Of a stretch of DNA of 64,000 nucleotides, positions 41,729 to 50,403 are shown one piece after another. The first letter of the stretch is position 1; each line of letters begins with the position of its first letter. The stretch comes from a candidate division FCPU426 bacterium (GTDB lineage Bacteria; Oederibacteriota; Muellerivitia; Muellerivitales; Muellerivitaceae): positions 62,589 to 126,588 of the forward strand of contig CAWHOE010000027.1 in NCBI GenBank assembly GCA_963830915.1, read 5' to 3'. The notes beneath the pieces were generated by a model. The model saw only the letters and a list, made by a program, of their open reading frames with translations, was not told the origin of the DNA and ran no database searches. The position numbers were made by a program, and so were the translations under genes.

Positions 41729-41894
41729 GCCACCGATTAACACCGATAAACACCGATTAGATTTCGATTTAAAATCAAGATTTAGACTTTTCCCATCAGT
41801 GTTCATGCCGACCTTCAATATAACTTTTAAAGAGGTCGGTATAGTACCGATTTCCATATTTTTTATTCCATTAGAAAATCGGCACATCGGTGAC
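41729..41894. repeat. degenerate / interrupted long-arm hairpin element (arm type CACCGATTAA x3)
   Basis: Left arm gccaccgattaacaccgataaacaccgatta (41729-41759); centre motif aaaatcaagattt (41771-41783); right-arm fragment ccatcagtgttcat (41792-41805); a ~70-nt unrelated hairpin-containing insert; then aatcggcacatcggtgac (41877-41894). Confidence 0.5.
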
Positions 41895-41952
41895 AAAAAC
41901 AGATTTTGCCTTTTTTCTTTTCTCTAAAATCATCTTGTTCCAGAAAATCTTG

Positions 41953-42453
41953 TTACCTGTAATTGTTGAACTGCAGCGGCACCTTCAGGTCGGGTATGGC
42001 CTTCAAGAGCGCGATGGCGCCTTGCAGATCGTCCTTCGCCTTGCCCGACACCCGCACCTTCTCATCCACGATCGCCACCTGCACCTTGAGCTTTGAATCC
42101 TTGATCCGTTTGACGATGTCCTTGCAGACATCCATGGGCATCCCGCTGATGATCTTGACCTTCTGGTTCACCGTCCCGCTGAAAGCCGCTTCCGCCGTCT
42201 GGAAATCCATGGCCTTGGGGGAGATGTTGCGCTTGACGAACTTGCCCTTCAGCACGTCCACCACCGCTTTCAGACGGTTGTCGTCGTCCGCCACGATCTC
42301 CAGTTCCTTGGTCGCCTTGTTCAGGGTGACCTTGCTGATGGAACCCTTGAAGTCGTACCTCTGGGATATCTCCTTCATGGACTGGTTGACCGCGTTGTCC
42401 ACTTCCTGCAGGTCCACTTCGGAAACTACGTCAAAGGAATAGGTATCCGCCAT
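41953..42453 (-). CDS. yajQ: YajQ family (UPF0234) nucleotide-binding protein
   Basis: SFDVVSEVDLQEVDNAVNQ..KEI..RYDFKGS is the YajQ N-terminal signature; 166 aa. Confidence 0.9.
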   Translation of the reverse strand: MADTYSFDVVSEVDLQEVDNAVNQSMKEISQRYDFKGSISKVTLNKATKELEIVADDDNRLKAVVDVLKGKFVKRNISPKAMDFQTAEAAFSGTVNQKVKIISGMPMDVCKDIVKRIKDSKLKVQVAIVDEKVRVSGKAKDDLQGAIALLKAIPDLKVPLQFNNYR

Positions 42454-42494
42454 TCACTACCTCCTAAAAAACAATTGAACCCCAAGATATTTTG

Positions 42495-42599
42495 AACCAC
42501 AGAGTCACACGGAGTCACTCAGAGTTTAAAACCGGAAATAATTTTTGTTTCAAAAAATCAAAGACTTTACTCTGTGTGACTCTGTGCGACTCTGTGGTT
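42495..42599. repeat. long-arm hairpin element, CCAC...GTGG family (arm type CACAGAGTCA x3)
   Basis: Left arm aaccacagagtcacacggagtcactcagagt (42495-42525), 43-nt AT-rich centre containing aaaatcaaagacttt, right arm actctgtgtgactctgtgcgactctgtggtt (42569-42599). Confidence 0.85.
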
Positions 42600-42633
42600 A
42601 ATGCTTTTGCCGTTCTTCGTTTTCGTAAACAAA

Positions 42634-43521
42634 TTACGAGTTGTCGCTATCTTGGTCGACCGTATCGCTGTCAGGCCCGGGAGGCAATGTGATCTCCACC
42701 ACCTGGCCCGTCGTCCCCAGTATCCCCATGGGCTTGCCATTGAACTGTACATCCACGCCGCCCGCGTTGCCCAACCTCAATTTGAAATTCCTCAGCGCCT
42801 GGTAGGTCTTGACCTCGCCCTGGGCTAGGTCCACCTCCGAGCTCGATTGCCCGTCGTCCATGGTCACCAGTACCCAGGACTTGTCCAAACCCTTGAGGAT
42901 CAGGTGCTGGTACTTGTCCGTCACGTTGATAGCGTCATAGGCGTTGGCCGCGGTGGGGGCCACAGGCTTGGGGGTGAATAACTTGATCTTCCCGAACCAA
43001 CCCTTGGTCTCTTCCCATCCAAACACGCAGGCGCCCAGGATCACGAGAACGATGACCGCCTGGGTCATCCCGTTGGTCCATTTCCATTTGCGCATCATCC
43101 TGGACCTTTGCTTCCGGATGGAGGGGTCATGCTGGGGCGGGCCCTCGAACTGGTCAGCGTCGACCATTTCCAGGTTCAGGTCGTTGGTCTCGGGACGGTT
43201 GAACACGGGGGGACGGTCAAGGGTGGGTCTCCATCCCAGGGTCCTTTCCATCTCGGCCTCGGGATTGCCCGGTTCGATCTTGACCTCTTCGGCCTTCACT
43301 TCCGATTTGAACTGGCGGGTCAATAGCATCGGGTCCAACCCGGCGACCTTGGCCATGGCCCGGATGAAACCCTTCACGTAGACCTGGGACGGGAAGATGC
43401 TGTAGTTATCGCTCTCGATGGCTTCCAGGTACTTGACCGGTATCTTGGTTTTCTTGGCCACATCCTCCAGGCTGATCTTCCTGGCTTCCCTGGCGTTTTT
43501 CAGTTCCGATCCGATGCTCAT
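42634..43521 (-). CDS. rodZ: cytoskeleton protein RodZ (HTH + TM + DUF4115)
   Basis: N-terminal XRE-type HTH (LKNAREARKISLEDVAKKTKIPVKYLEAIE), a central TM helix, and a C-terminal beta domain. Start overlaps the upstream stop (TAATG). Confidence 0.8.
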   Translation of the reverse strand: MSIGSELKNAREARKISLEDVAKKTKIPVKYLEAIESDNYSIFPSQVYVKGFIRAMAKVAGLDPMLLTRQFKSEVKAEEVKIEPGNPEAEMERTLGWRPTLDRPPVFNRPETNDLNLEMVDADQFEGPPQHDPSIRKQRSRMMRKWKWTNGMTQAVIVLVILGACVFGWEETKGWFGKIKLFTPKPVAPTAANAYDAINVTDKYQHLILKGLDKSWVLVTMDDGQSSSEVDLAQGEVKTYQALRNFKLRLGNAGGVDVQFNGKPMGILGTTGQVVEITLPPGPDSDTVDQDSDNS

Positions 43522-44186
43522 TAAAAGATGGCTCCTTCCACTATTTCAGTGCCCTTGGGTATTTTGAATTCGAACAGGTCATCCTTCAGCCCTTTATTAT
43601 AGGTAAAGTTGGAGAAACGCGCCTTGGTAACCATCGAGGGAGTTGTCACTTCCATTTGGTAAGGCCACCAGTCTTTTTTGTGTATATAAACCCGCATTTT
43701 ATCGAACCCGGCGTTGTCGACCGTCGGCATGAAAAGCAGTCCGACCTCGTCGTTATCATCCTTGATGATGGAAACCCGGCTGATGGCCACGTAGCGCTTC
43801 AGCTCCTTGCCCACTCCCAGGTAGACCGGTCCCGAAGTGTCACCCTTCTCTTTGTGCTGTTGGTAGACCATCTTCTGGTCCGGTTGGTACATCTCCGCTA
43901 AGGGTCCCACCATATAGAGGAATTGCTCGCTGGGCTGGGTGTAATGGACCAGCACCTTGTTGGGGGATTTGATCTTCACCGTCCCCTTGGACTTTTGCTC
44001 TGTGCCCGACAGGGTGTCCTTCATTTCCATGCTCAAGTCCATCTGCACATCCTGGATGGCCGACTGGGCCTCCTCGACCTTATCCGTCACATCCGTCACG
44101 GACAGGGCCTTCTTGGGTTGGTCCGCCCAAACCGGGAAGGAAAGACACACAATCATTAACCACAGAGACACAGAGACACAGCTCAA
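43521..44186 (-). CDS. LolA-like outer-membrane lipoprotein carrier / sorting protein
   Basis: Mature part (ADQPKKALSVTDV...TVKIKSPNK.LVHYTQP...YQMEVT...FEFKIPKGTEIVE) is LolA-like. Conserved ftsK-lolA synteny. Start uncertain (TTG 44186 or 44216). The tracked ORF to 44429 reads through the repeat arms. Confidence 0.7.
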   Translation of the reverse strand: MSCVSVSLWLMIVCLSFPVWADQPKKALSVTDVTDKVEEAQSAIQDVQMDLSMEMKDTLSGTEQKSKGTVKIKSPNKVLVHYTQPSEQFLYMVGPLAEMYQPDQKMVYQQHKEKGDTSGPVYLGVGKELKRYVAISRVSIIKDDNDEVGLLFMPTVDNAGFDKMRVYIHKKDWWPYQMEVTTPSMVTKARFSNFTYNKGLKDDLFEFKIPKGTEIVEGAIF

Positions 44187-44306
44187 TAAATTAGGAAAAC
44201 CAAAATTCTGAATCAAATTCTTGTGTCGCTGTGTCTCTGTGCCTCTGTGGTGAAAATCATTCGTTTTATCTAACACTTTTAGCTGTGCCTCTGTGTCTCT
44301 GTGGTG
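44158..44306. repeat. long-arm hairpin element with one left and two right arms (arm type CACAGAGA x3)
   Basis: L aaccacagagacacagagacacagc (44158-44183); R1 gtgtcgctgtgtctctgtgcctctgtggtg (44223-44252); R2 gctgtgcctctgtgtctctgtggtg (44282-44306). Confidence 0.8.
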
Positions 44307-44319
44307 AAAGCCGTATGTT

Positions 44320-46749
44320 TTAGTTGTTTTTTTCATCTTCGTTTCCTTCATCCTCTTCGTCGAATGGGTCGGGACTCGTAGTTTGGACGAGTATCTTACG
44401 TGGTTTGTTACCATCCGCCGGGCCCACAATACCCCTTATTTCCATGTCATCCAGCAATCTGGCCGCCCTGCCGTACCCTACTTTGAGGCGCCGTTGTAAT
44501 AGGGAGGTGGAAGCCTGTTTGGCCCTCATGACGATCTCCACCGCCTGGTCGTAATACTCGTCCTCGCTGTCTTCCGTCACCACGTCCCGGGACTTGGCGG
44601 AAGTAAGGTCCTCGGAGTAAATGGGCCCGCCCTGGGACTTCCAAAAGTCCGCCAGGCGCTCGATCTCTTCCAGCGTCACATAGGCTCCCTGAAGCCGCAA
44701 GGGTTTGGGAGCGCCCGAGGCCAGGTACAGCATGTCGCCTCGGCCTAACAGTGCCTCCGCGCCGTTCATGTCCAGGATGGTGCGCGAGTCGACCTTGGAA
44801 AAGACCTGGAAGGCGATACGAGAGGGAAAGTTGGCCTTGATGATGCCGGTGATGACCTCCACCGACGGCCTCTGGGTCGCCAGCACCAGGTGGATGCCCA
44901 CTGCCCGGGCCATCTGGGCCAGACGCGTGATGGAATCCTCGACCTGGTCCTTGGCCGTCATCATCAGGTCGGCCAGCTCGTCCACCAGCACCACGATGTA
45001 GTACATGTTGTACTGGTCCGCCTCGCCCGCTTCCCTCTTCTGCGCCATCTTGGCGTTGTAGGTGTCGATGTCCCTCGCGCCCACATGGGCCAGGGCCTGG
45101 TACCTTTCTTCCATTTCCCGCACCAGCCACTTCAGGGCCAAGTGGGCTTCCTTGGGGTCGTTCACTACCGGCAGAGCCAAGTGGGGCAGGCCCTTGAAGA
45201 TGCTCATCTCGACCCTTTTGGGGTCGATCAGCACCATGCGCAGGTCCTCGGGGGTGAGCTTGAAGATGAGGCTGGCGATAAGGGTATTCACGCAGACGCT
45301 CTTGCCCGACCCGGTGGAACCGGCGATGAGCACGTGGGGCATTTCCTTCAGGCTGGCCAGGCAGGAGGACCCGGCGATGTCCTTCCCCAGGGCCACGGTC
45401 AGTTTTTTGGTGGCTGATTGGAAATCGTCCTGAGCCAAAAGTTCCTTGAGGGTGACGATGCGTCCCTTGCTGTTGGGCACCTCGATGCCGACCGCCGCCT
45501 TGCCAGGGATGGGCGCCACGATGCGCAAGTGCCCGCATTGCAGGGCCAAGGCCAGGTCATCGGATAAGGAAGCGATCTGGTTGATCTTTACCCCCGCCGC
45601 CGGCTGGACCTCGTACTGGGTCACGGTGGGCCCGGGGTTGACGGCCACCACTTTGGCCTCGACGTTGAAGTTCTTCAGGGTCTCCACAATGGTGTTGCTG
45701 ACCGCCTCGTAGTTATCCACCATCTTCTCGCTGAGATCCTCGACCGTCTTCAGGATATGCACCGTGGGCAACTGCCACTGGCGGATGACCCGGTGAGGCT
45801 TGGACGGTTCTTCTTCCTCTTCTTCCGTACCCTTTTCTTCCTCGGCGAACTCGATGCTGGCCGCTTCCATCTTTTGCTTGGTCGTCATGGGGTCGCTTCC
45901 CCTGGCTTCCGCCAGGGCAGCCTCGACCATGTCCTCCGCCTCAGGCTCTGGCTCCGCCTCGCCGGTGAAAAGGGGTTTGGCCTTCGGGCCTGAAAGGGGC
46001 GTTTTGGACGCTTTGGGTGGAGGGGATATGACCACGGCCCTGGGCGGTTTGACCACCGGAACCTCCTCCTCGTTCTTAGGGACAGCCCTTTGTTTGGATT
46101 CGACCTTTTCCCGCGCCTTCTCCGCCACTTCGTGGGTCTGTTTGCGGGACTTCCACTTCTCGAAAGCTTCCACGCCCTTGTCATAGGCCATGCCGAAAGC
46201 CTTGAAGCCGTTCTCTTTCAGGAATTCCAGGCCCCGGCCGAAACCATCCAGCACCCCTTTACCCACGTTCACCAGGTGCTCTTCTTTTTCCAGGAACCAG
46301 GCGGACAGCACCAACACCATCAGGCAGATGACCATGGTCCCGAACCGGGTCAGCACCGCTTCCATCCGGTCGCCGGCCAGCTCGCCCAGTTTGCCGCCCC
46401 ACTCCACCCCTTCCCTCATTTGGGAAGCCGAGAACATCTGCACCCCGGGGAACATCACCCTCAGGGCCACACAGAAAGAAAGCAGACCCAGCAAAAGACC
46501 CAGCAGTTTCAGGCCGGGTTTGGACAATGGCTCGTCCGTGAAACGGCCGTAGGCGAAACGGAAAAGGACCAGCGGGAAGAACCAGGCGCAAAGGCCGAAC
46601 CCGCTATAGAGGAAGTAGGAAAGGCCGGAACCGATATTGCCCAGCAGATTGGGGTTGGAAGCCGTGGGTATCAGGGACAGGGCGATCAGCACGCCCAAGC
46701 ACCCCGTGAGGAAGACCACCAAAAAATGATGGCGTTTGTCTTTTGTCAT
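44320..46749 (-). CDS. ftsK: DNA translocase FtsK
   Basis: N-terminal TM helices, Pro/Glu-rich linker, motor domain with GSTGSGKS (Walker A), LVDELADLMM (Walker B), and a C-terminal gamma wHTH (SLLQRRLKVGYGRAARLLD). Confidence 0.92.
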   Translation of the reverse strand: MTKDKRHHFLVVFLTGCLGVLIALSLIPTASNPNLLGNIGSGLSYFLYSGFGLCAWFFPLVLFRFAYGRFTDEPLSKPGLKLLGLLLGLLSFCVALRVMFPGVQMFSASQMREGVEWGGKLGELAGDRMEAVLTRFGTMVICLMVLVLSAWFLEKEEHLVNVGKGVLDGFGRGLEFLKENGFKAFGMAYDKGVEAFEKWKSRKQTHEVAEKAREKVESKQRAVPKNEEEVPVVKPPRAVVISPPPKASKTPLSGPKAKPLFTGEAEPEPEAEDMVEAALAEARGSDPMTTKQKMEAASIEFAEEEKGTEEEEEEPSKPHRVIRQWQLPTVHILKTVEDLSEKMVDNYEAVSNTIVETLKNFNVEAKVVAVNPGPTVTQYEVQPAAGVKINQIASLSDDLALALQCGHLRIVAPIPGKAAVGIEVPNSKGRIVTLKELLAQDDFQSATKKLTVALGKDIAGSSCLASLKEMPHVLIAGSTGSGKSVCVNTLIASLIFKLTPEDLRMVLIDPKRVEMSIFKGLPHLALPVVNDPKEAHLALKWLVREMEERYQALAHVGARDIDTYNAKMAQKREAGEADQYNMYYIVVLVDELADLMMTAKDQVEDSITRLAQMARAVGIHLVLATQRPSVEVITGIIKANFPSRIAFQVFSKVDSRTILDMNGAEALLGRGDMLYLASGAPKPLRLQGAYVTLEEIERLADFWKSQGGPIYSEDLTSAKSRDVVTEDSEDEYYDQAVEIVMRAKQASTSLLQRRLKVGYGRAARLLDDMEIRGIVGPADGNKPRKILVQTTSPDPFDEEDEGNEDEKNN

Positions 46750-46814
46750 TGCCTTATCGAGCCTTTACGAAAGTATTAAACTGGCACAAGCACACCAGCC
46801 CAAAATAAAATTTT

Positions 46815-46905
46815 GCCACAGATACATGGGATTCATGAGATTTTAAAATCGTGATAATTTTAAACTCTTTCTTCGCCTATCCAATGCATCCCATGCATCT
46901 GTGGC
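46815..46905. repeat. long-arm hairpin element, CCAC...GTGG family (arm type CACAGATA/CATGGGATT/CATGAGAT)
   Basis: Left arm gccacagatacatgggattcatgagat (46815-46842), AT-rich centre, right arm atccaatgcatcccatgcatctgtggc (46879-46905). Upstream of ftsK. Confidence 0.75.
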
Positions 46906-47204
46906 TAATTAAGCCTTAGCCGTGCCTTTTATCCTAAACAATAAATTCAATTGATTTGACTATCTATGGCCTTGGGATTACGCCTTTCTCGGACAGTCGT
47001 GTGACACAAGATATCAGCGAAGAACCGAGATATAGACTCCGGGAAAGCGTTTTTTTGAGTCAGTTGGTGGCGGAAGTTCATTCTGGATTCAAAGTATAGA
47101 CCATCCGAGAGGCCCATTTGAAGATAAATGTTTCTGCCGAACCTCGGCCTTTCATCCTGTAAAATGAAACCCCTCAAGCCGTCCTGACCCATGAAAGGAT
47201 CACC

Positions 47205-48119
47205 TTGCTTCTTCTCTACATCGCCTTCAACGTCGTACTGCCCATCTTCATCGTCATGGCCCTGGGTTACGCCTTGGCGAAATTTTTCCCCATTGACCTC
47301 AACACCCTTTCCAAACTGAACTTCTATGTCTTCATCCCGGTCTTCATGTTCTACAGCCTGCTCATCTTCAAACCCGGCAACCGGGAAATGGCGCTCACCG
47401 TTCTCTTCAACCTCATCCTGGCCGTGGTCACCTTCCTCGTCATGATCGGCATTACCCGGGCCTTGAAGTTCCCTCCCGGCCTGGCGGCTTCCTCCACCCT
47501 GGGGGTGATGATCTTCAACTCGGCCAATTACGGCATCCCCATCGTCCAGCTGGCTTTCCAGGGCGAGGGGGTGGCCATCCAGGTCATTACCATCACTACG
47601 ATGAACATCCTTACCTATACGGTGGGCATCTTCATCGCCGGGGGGTGGGCCGAATGGCGCAAAGGACTTATCACCATCTTGAAGCTTCCCATCCTTTACG
47701 CCCTCTTACTGGCCTTGGCGATCCGGGGTTTGAGCCTGAACCTGCCCGACGCTTTCCTGACCCCCTTGAAATGGACCTCGGACGGGATGTTGCCCATCGC
47801 TCTTTTGACCCTGGGCGCCCAGTTGGGACAGGGGGGCATCACCCTGAAAAGCCCGAAGCAACTGTGGATCACCGTCGCTGGAAGGCTTTTGATCGGGCCC
47901 ATCCTGGCCTTTTTACTCATCAGCGCCATGGATATCCATGGGCTTCTGGCCCGGGTGCTATTTGTGTCCAGCGCCTTCCCCACCGCCGTCATCACGGTCA
48001 TTTTTGGCATCGAGTACGATAAGGAGCCCACTTTCGCCGCGGACGTGGTCTTTATCACGACCCTGCTATCTGCCATCACGGTCACGGGCGCTCTGAGTCT
48101 TTCCACCATTCTTTTTTAG
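47205..48119 (+). CDS. AEC (auxin efflux carrier) family transporter
   Basis: 304 aa, ~10 hydrophobic helices. N-terminus LLYIAFNVVLPIFIVMALGYALAKF and overall layout are typical of the Mem_trans family. TTG start. Confidence 0.8.
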   Translation: MLLLYIAFNVVLPIFIVMALGYALAKFFPIDLNTLSKLNFYVFIPVFMFYSLLIFKPGNREMALTVLFNLILAVVTFLVMIGITRALKFPPGLAASSTLGVMIFNSANYGIPIVQLAFQGEGVAIQVITITTMNILTYTVGIFIAGGWAEWRKGLITILKLPILYALLLALAIRGLSLNLPDAFLTPLKWTSDGMLPIALLTLGAQLGQGGITLKSPKQLWITVAGRLLIGPILAFLLISAMDIHGLLARVLFVSSAFPTAVITVIFGIEYDKEPTFAADVVFITTLLSAITVTGALSLSTILF

Positions 48120-48149
48120 AAAAACGCACAGAGGTTAGATAGGAAGAAT

Positions 48150-48317
48150 ATGGGCAATCAGGACAAAAACCCCAAAAGCCTTTCCCACGCCAAAGACAAA
48201 GACCTTTTGAAGAACCCTTCCTACAAAAACATGATCAATCCCTATGAAAGTAAGTATCCTCAAAAGAAGAAGGCTATTGATCCAGCTACACAGGGATTTC
48301 GAAAAAAACAGAAATAG
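48150..48317 (+). CDS. possible small Lys-rich protein (55 aa)
   Basis: ATG 48150 preceded by AGGAAG. MGNQDKNPKSLSHAKDKDLLKNPSYKNMINPYESKYPQKKKAIDPATQGFRKKQK, stop 48315-48317. Below the ORF-track cut-off; no homology recognised. Confidence 0.25.
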   Translation: MGNQDKNPKSLSHAKDKDLLKNPSYKNMINPYESKYPQKKKAIDPATQGFRKKQK

Positions 48318-48341
48318 TCATTTTCAGTGAGGCTAGATTAA

Positions 48342-49100
48342 ATGCGACTATTAAGTCGGTCGAAAATTTTATTGGCGGCTACTTTACTTTTATCTAGTTG
48401 CACACTACTTAATAAAAACACTCCTTCAAAATTAATACTCGGTAAGAATTTGGCACTCCAAACTCTCGTATTAGAAACACCCGAATATGACGGTTCATAC
48501 GGAAAAACAAAAATATCTATCTATTCAGTACCAGATAACAAAAAAACGAAAGATTTCGTCCTCGAAGGTATTTGGCATTGTTTGGGGTACATCACAAGCA
48601 GGAAATCTTTTTTTCTTGTAGGAGAATTTCAAGAGGGAGCGTGTCTGCCATTAACAAAAATAAAATATTTATCTGAAGATAACTACGAAGTTACTGATTC
48701 TAAGTACCGGTATAACGCCATCAAAGGTGATAACGATCCATTAAGTTGGAACGCTTTGACGGCCGTACCAAGTGAAGATTTAAAATACATTGCTTTTGTC
48801 GGCGACCTAGGAAAAGCAAATACTCGGTTAATAGTTTTAAATACAGACAAAGATTTGATGACTGTTTTAGGAGACCCGCCCGCGCCACCACCCATTTCAG
48901 ATCCATATTGGCAAAAAGAAGCTTTACGGCAAAGTCCCGATAATTGGGTATGGGATTTTCCATGCGTTGATGGATATGTTGAGATGGACAATGGAATTAT
49001 TAGGTTTAACAAAGATACTTTGTCCGTAAGTTATGGGAACGATACGGTTATCAAAAGGTCTGGTAAAAGAAAAACAAAGACCTGGAAACTAAAGATTTAA
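48342..49100 (+). CDS. hypothetical lipoprotein (AT-rich islet)
   Basis: MRLLSRSKILLAATLLLSSC lipobox; 252 aa; visibly AT-rich codon usage unlike the flanking genes. Confidence 0.6.
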   Translation: MRLLSRSKILLAATLLLSSCTLLNKNTPSKLILGKNLALQTLVLETPEYDGSYGKTKISIYSVPDNKKTKDFVLEGIWHCLGYITSRKSFFLVGEFQEGACLPLTKIKYLSEDNYEVTDSKYRYNAIKGDNDPLSWNALTAVPSEDLKYIAFVGDLGKANTRLIVLNTDKDLMTVLGDPPAPPPISDPYWQKEALRQSPDNWVWDFPCVDGYVEMDNGIIRFNKDTLSVSYGNDTVIKRSGKRKTKTWKLKI

Positions 49101-49176
49101 AACACCAATAAAACCTTTGAAGCGGTAAAAGGAACAAAAAATTCTGAAATAGTAGAAACAACAAAGGACTCATCAA

Positions 49177-49239
49177 ATGCTAAAACCCCAATCCAATCCA
49201 TTCCGGCAAATGAAAGACCTCTCCGGCTTTTGGGAATTT
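49177..49239 (+). pseudogene. orphan 5' fragment (21 codons) of a GH2 beta-glucuronidase gene
   Basis: atgctaaaaccccaatccaatccattccggcaaatgaaagacctctccggcttttgggaattt matches 51900-51962 at 57 of 63 nt (MLKPQSNPFRQMKDLSGFWEF vs MLKPQSNPFRQVKDLSGFWDF), then diverges into stops. Confidence 0.8.
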
Positions 49240-49272
49240 ATAAATAACAAAAATTATCTAGAGGGGTAATAA

Positions 49273-50384
49273 ATGCGTTGTTTTACAGAGTCTTATAAAA
49301 AAACGAAAATAATCATATCCTTCATTTCAATTTACGCTTTTTTGTTTTTACCAACAGCGGTAAGACAAACCTTCGGAAAAGACGCTTCTGAAAATGAAAA
49401 AGTGGTTCTTTCCGATTTCCCTACTCAAGACCAACCTTCTCCGTCTGACCGAGAAAACTTGATGGGCGAATCAGCAAAGAATTTTTATTACGGGATTGGT
49501 GAACCTGTAGATTATGTAAAAGCGCGTTACGCCGCTATGCTCGAAATGGATCCGAGTATTCCAAAAATAGAGAATGAGGACACAGAGCATTTCTGCTCAC
49601 CCGCCATATTGATGATGATTTACGCAAACGGGTACGGAGTGCAGAAAAATATCGATCTATGTATTCGTTTAGCACAATTGTATGTATCTGGCACGAGCTC
49701 GGAACTCGAAGCCCGAATTAAGCATTTGAAAAATATGAACTCCTTTTTCCATGGAATCTTCGATATTTGTGACGATGTGCCGCCCGATTCAGGTTATAGG
49801 TCTTTATGCGATGGAGGCCGCAAGACAAACGACTTCGTACACGAAATGTTACCTTTCGACATTCAAAAAAGACTCCCAGATCAATCAAAATGGAGTAAGA
49901 AACAAATTAATGCATTTAAACATTTAGAAACGTTAGCAACGACTATTTCACTAGAAGAACTTATTATGAATTGGATAATTCCGGCTCAGCCAGAAGTGAG
50001 ATTGAAGAAGATGAAATGAATCAATTGGAGAATAATTTCTTAGAAGTTTTAAACTTATTAGAGAAAAGCCAATTCCCAAATTATTCTCAATCTGAATATA
50101 AGAAATCGGAATTCGATTTAAAAAATACTTATACCCAACTTTTAAACACAAGAAACTTTACCCTTGGTACGGTCAACCTTACTGGTATCAGGGTCACACA
50201 ACGCAGGTGGACCGCATATCGCGAAACATGGGTTCAATTCGCCGCATTGCGTTATCCTAATGTTCCCGGTGATTGCTTACGAAAAGTATTAACAGATGAT
50301 CGAGATGCCCAATTATTAATTTTACTTAAACCAACCTACGAAATACCAATCGATTCATTAAGCCTCAAAGGATCAACCAAATGA
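49273..50384 (+). pseudogene. secreted Sel1-like + DUF1311 (LprI-like) protein, apparently split by one frameshift
   Basis: ORF 49273-50019: signal peptide, Sel1-like YYGIGEPVDYVKA / YANGYGVQKNIDLCIRLA, then a Cys-containing DUF1311-like start. ORF 49971-50384 (other frame) carries FDLKNTYTQLL...QRRWTAYRETWVQFAALRY (DUF1311 signature). The second frame is already open from 49920. Confidence 0.45.
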
Positions 50385-50403
50385 TCAACTCGCAAACAAA
50401 ACA

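Noticed and set aside
44187-44429. N-terminal ~80 aa of the tracked 302-aa ORF (..YGFHHRDTEAQLKVL..HHRGTETQRHKN..)
   Set aside because: These residues are the translation of the hairpin-repeat arms (R1, R2) and their AT-rich centres, not a real domain. LolA-like homology starts only after the signal-peptide-like segment.
44447-45538. 363-aa ORF on the minus strand
   Set aside because: An alternative frame inside ftsK, Arg/Gly/Pro-rich. The FtsK frame carries Walker A/B and full-length homology.
46947-47192. 81-aa minus-strand ORF between ftsK and the AEC transporter
   Set aside because: No RBS, no motif, and it lies in a probable promoter/5' UTR region. I also looked at 46906-47204 for a riboswitch upstream of the transporter but could not match any known class by eye, so I make no call.
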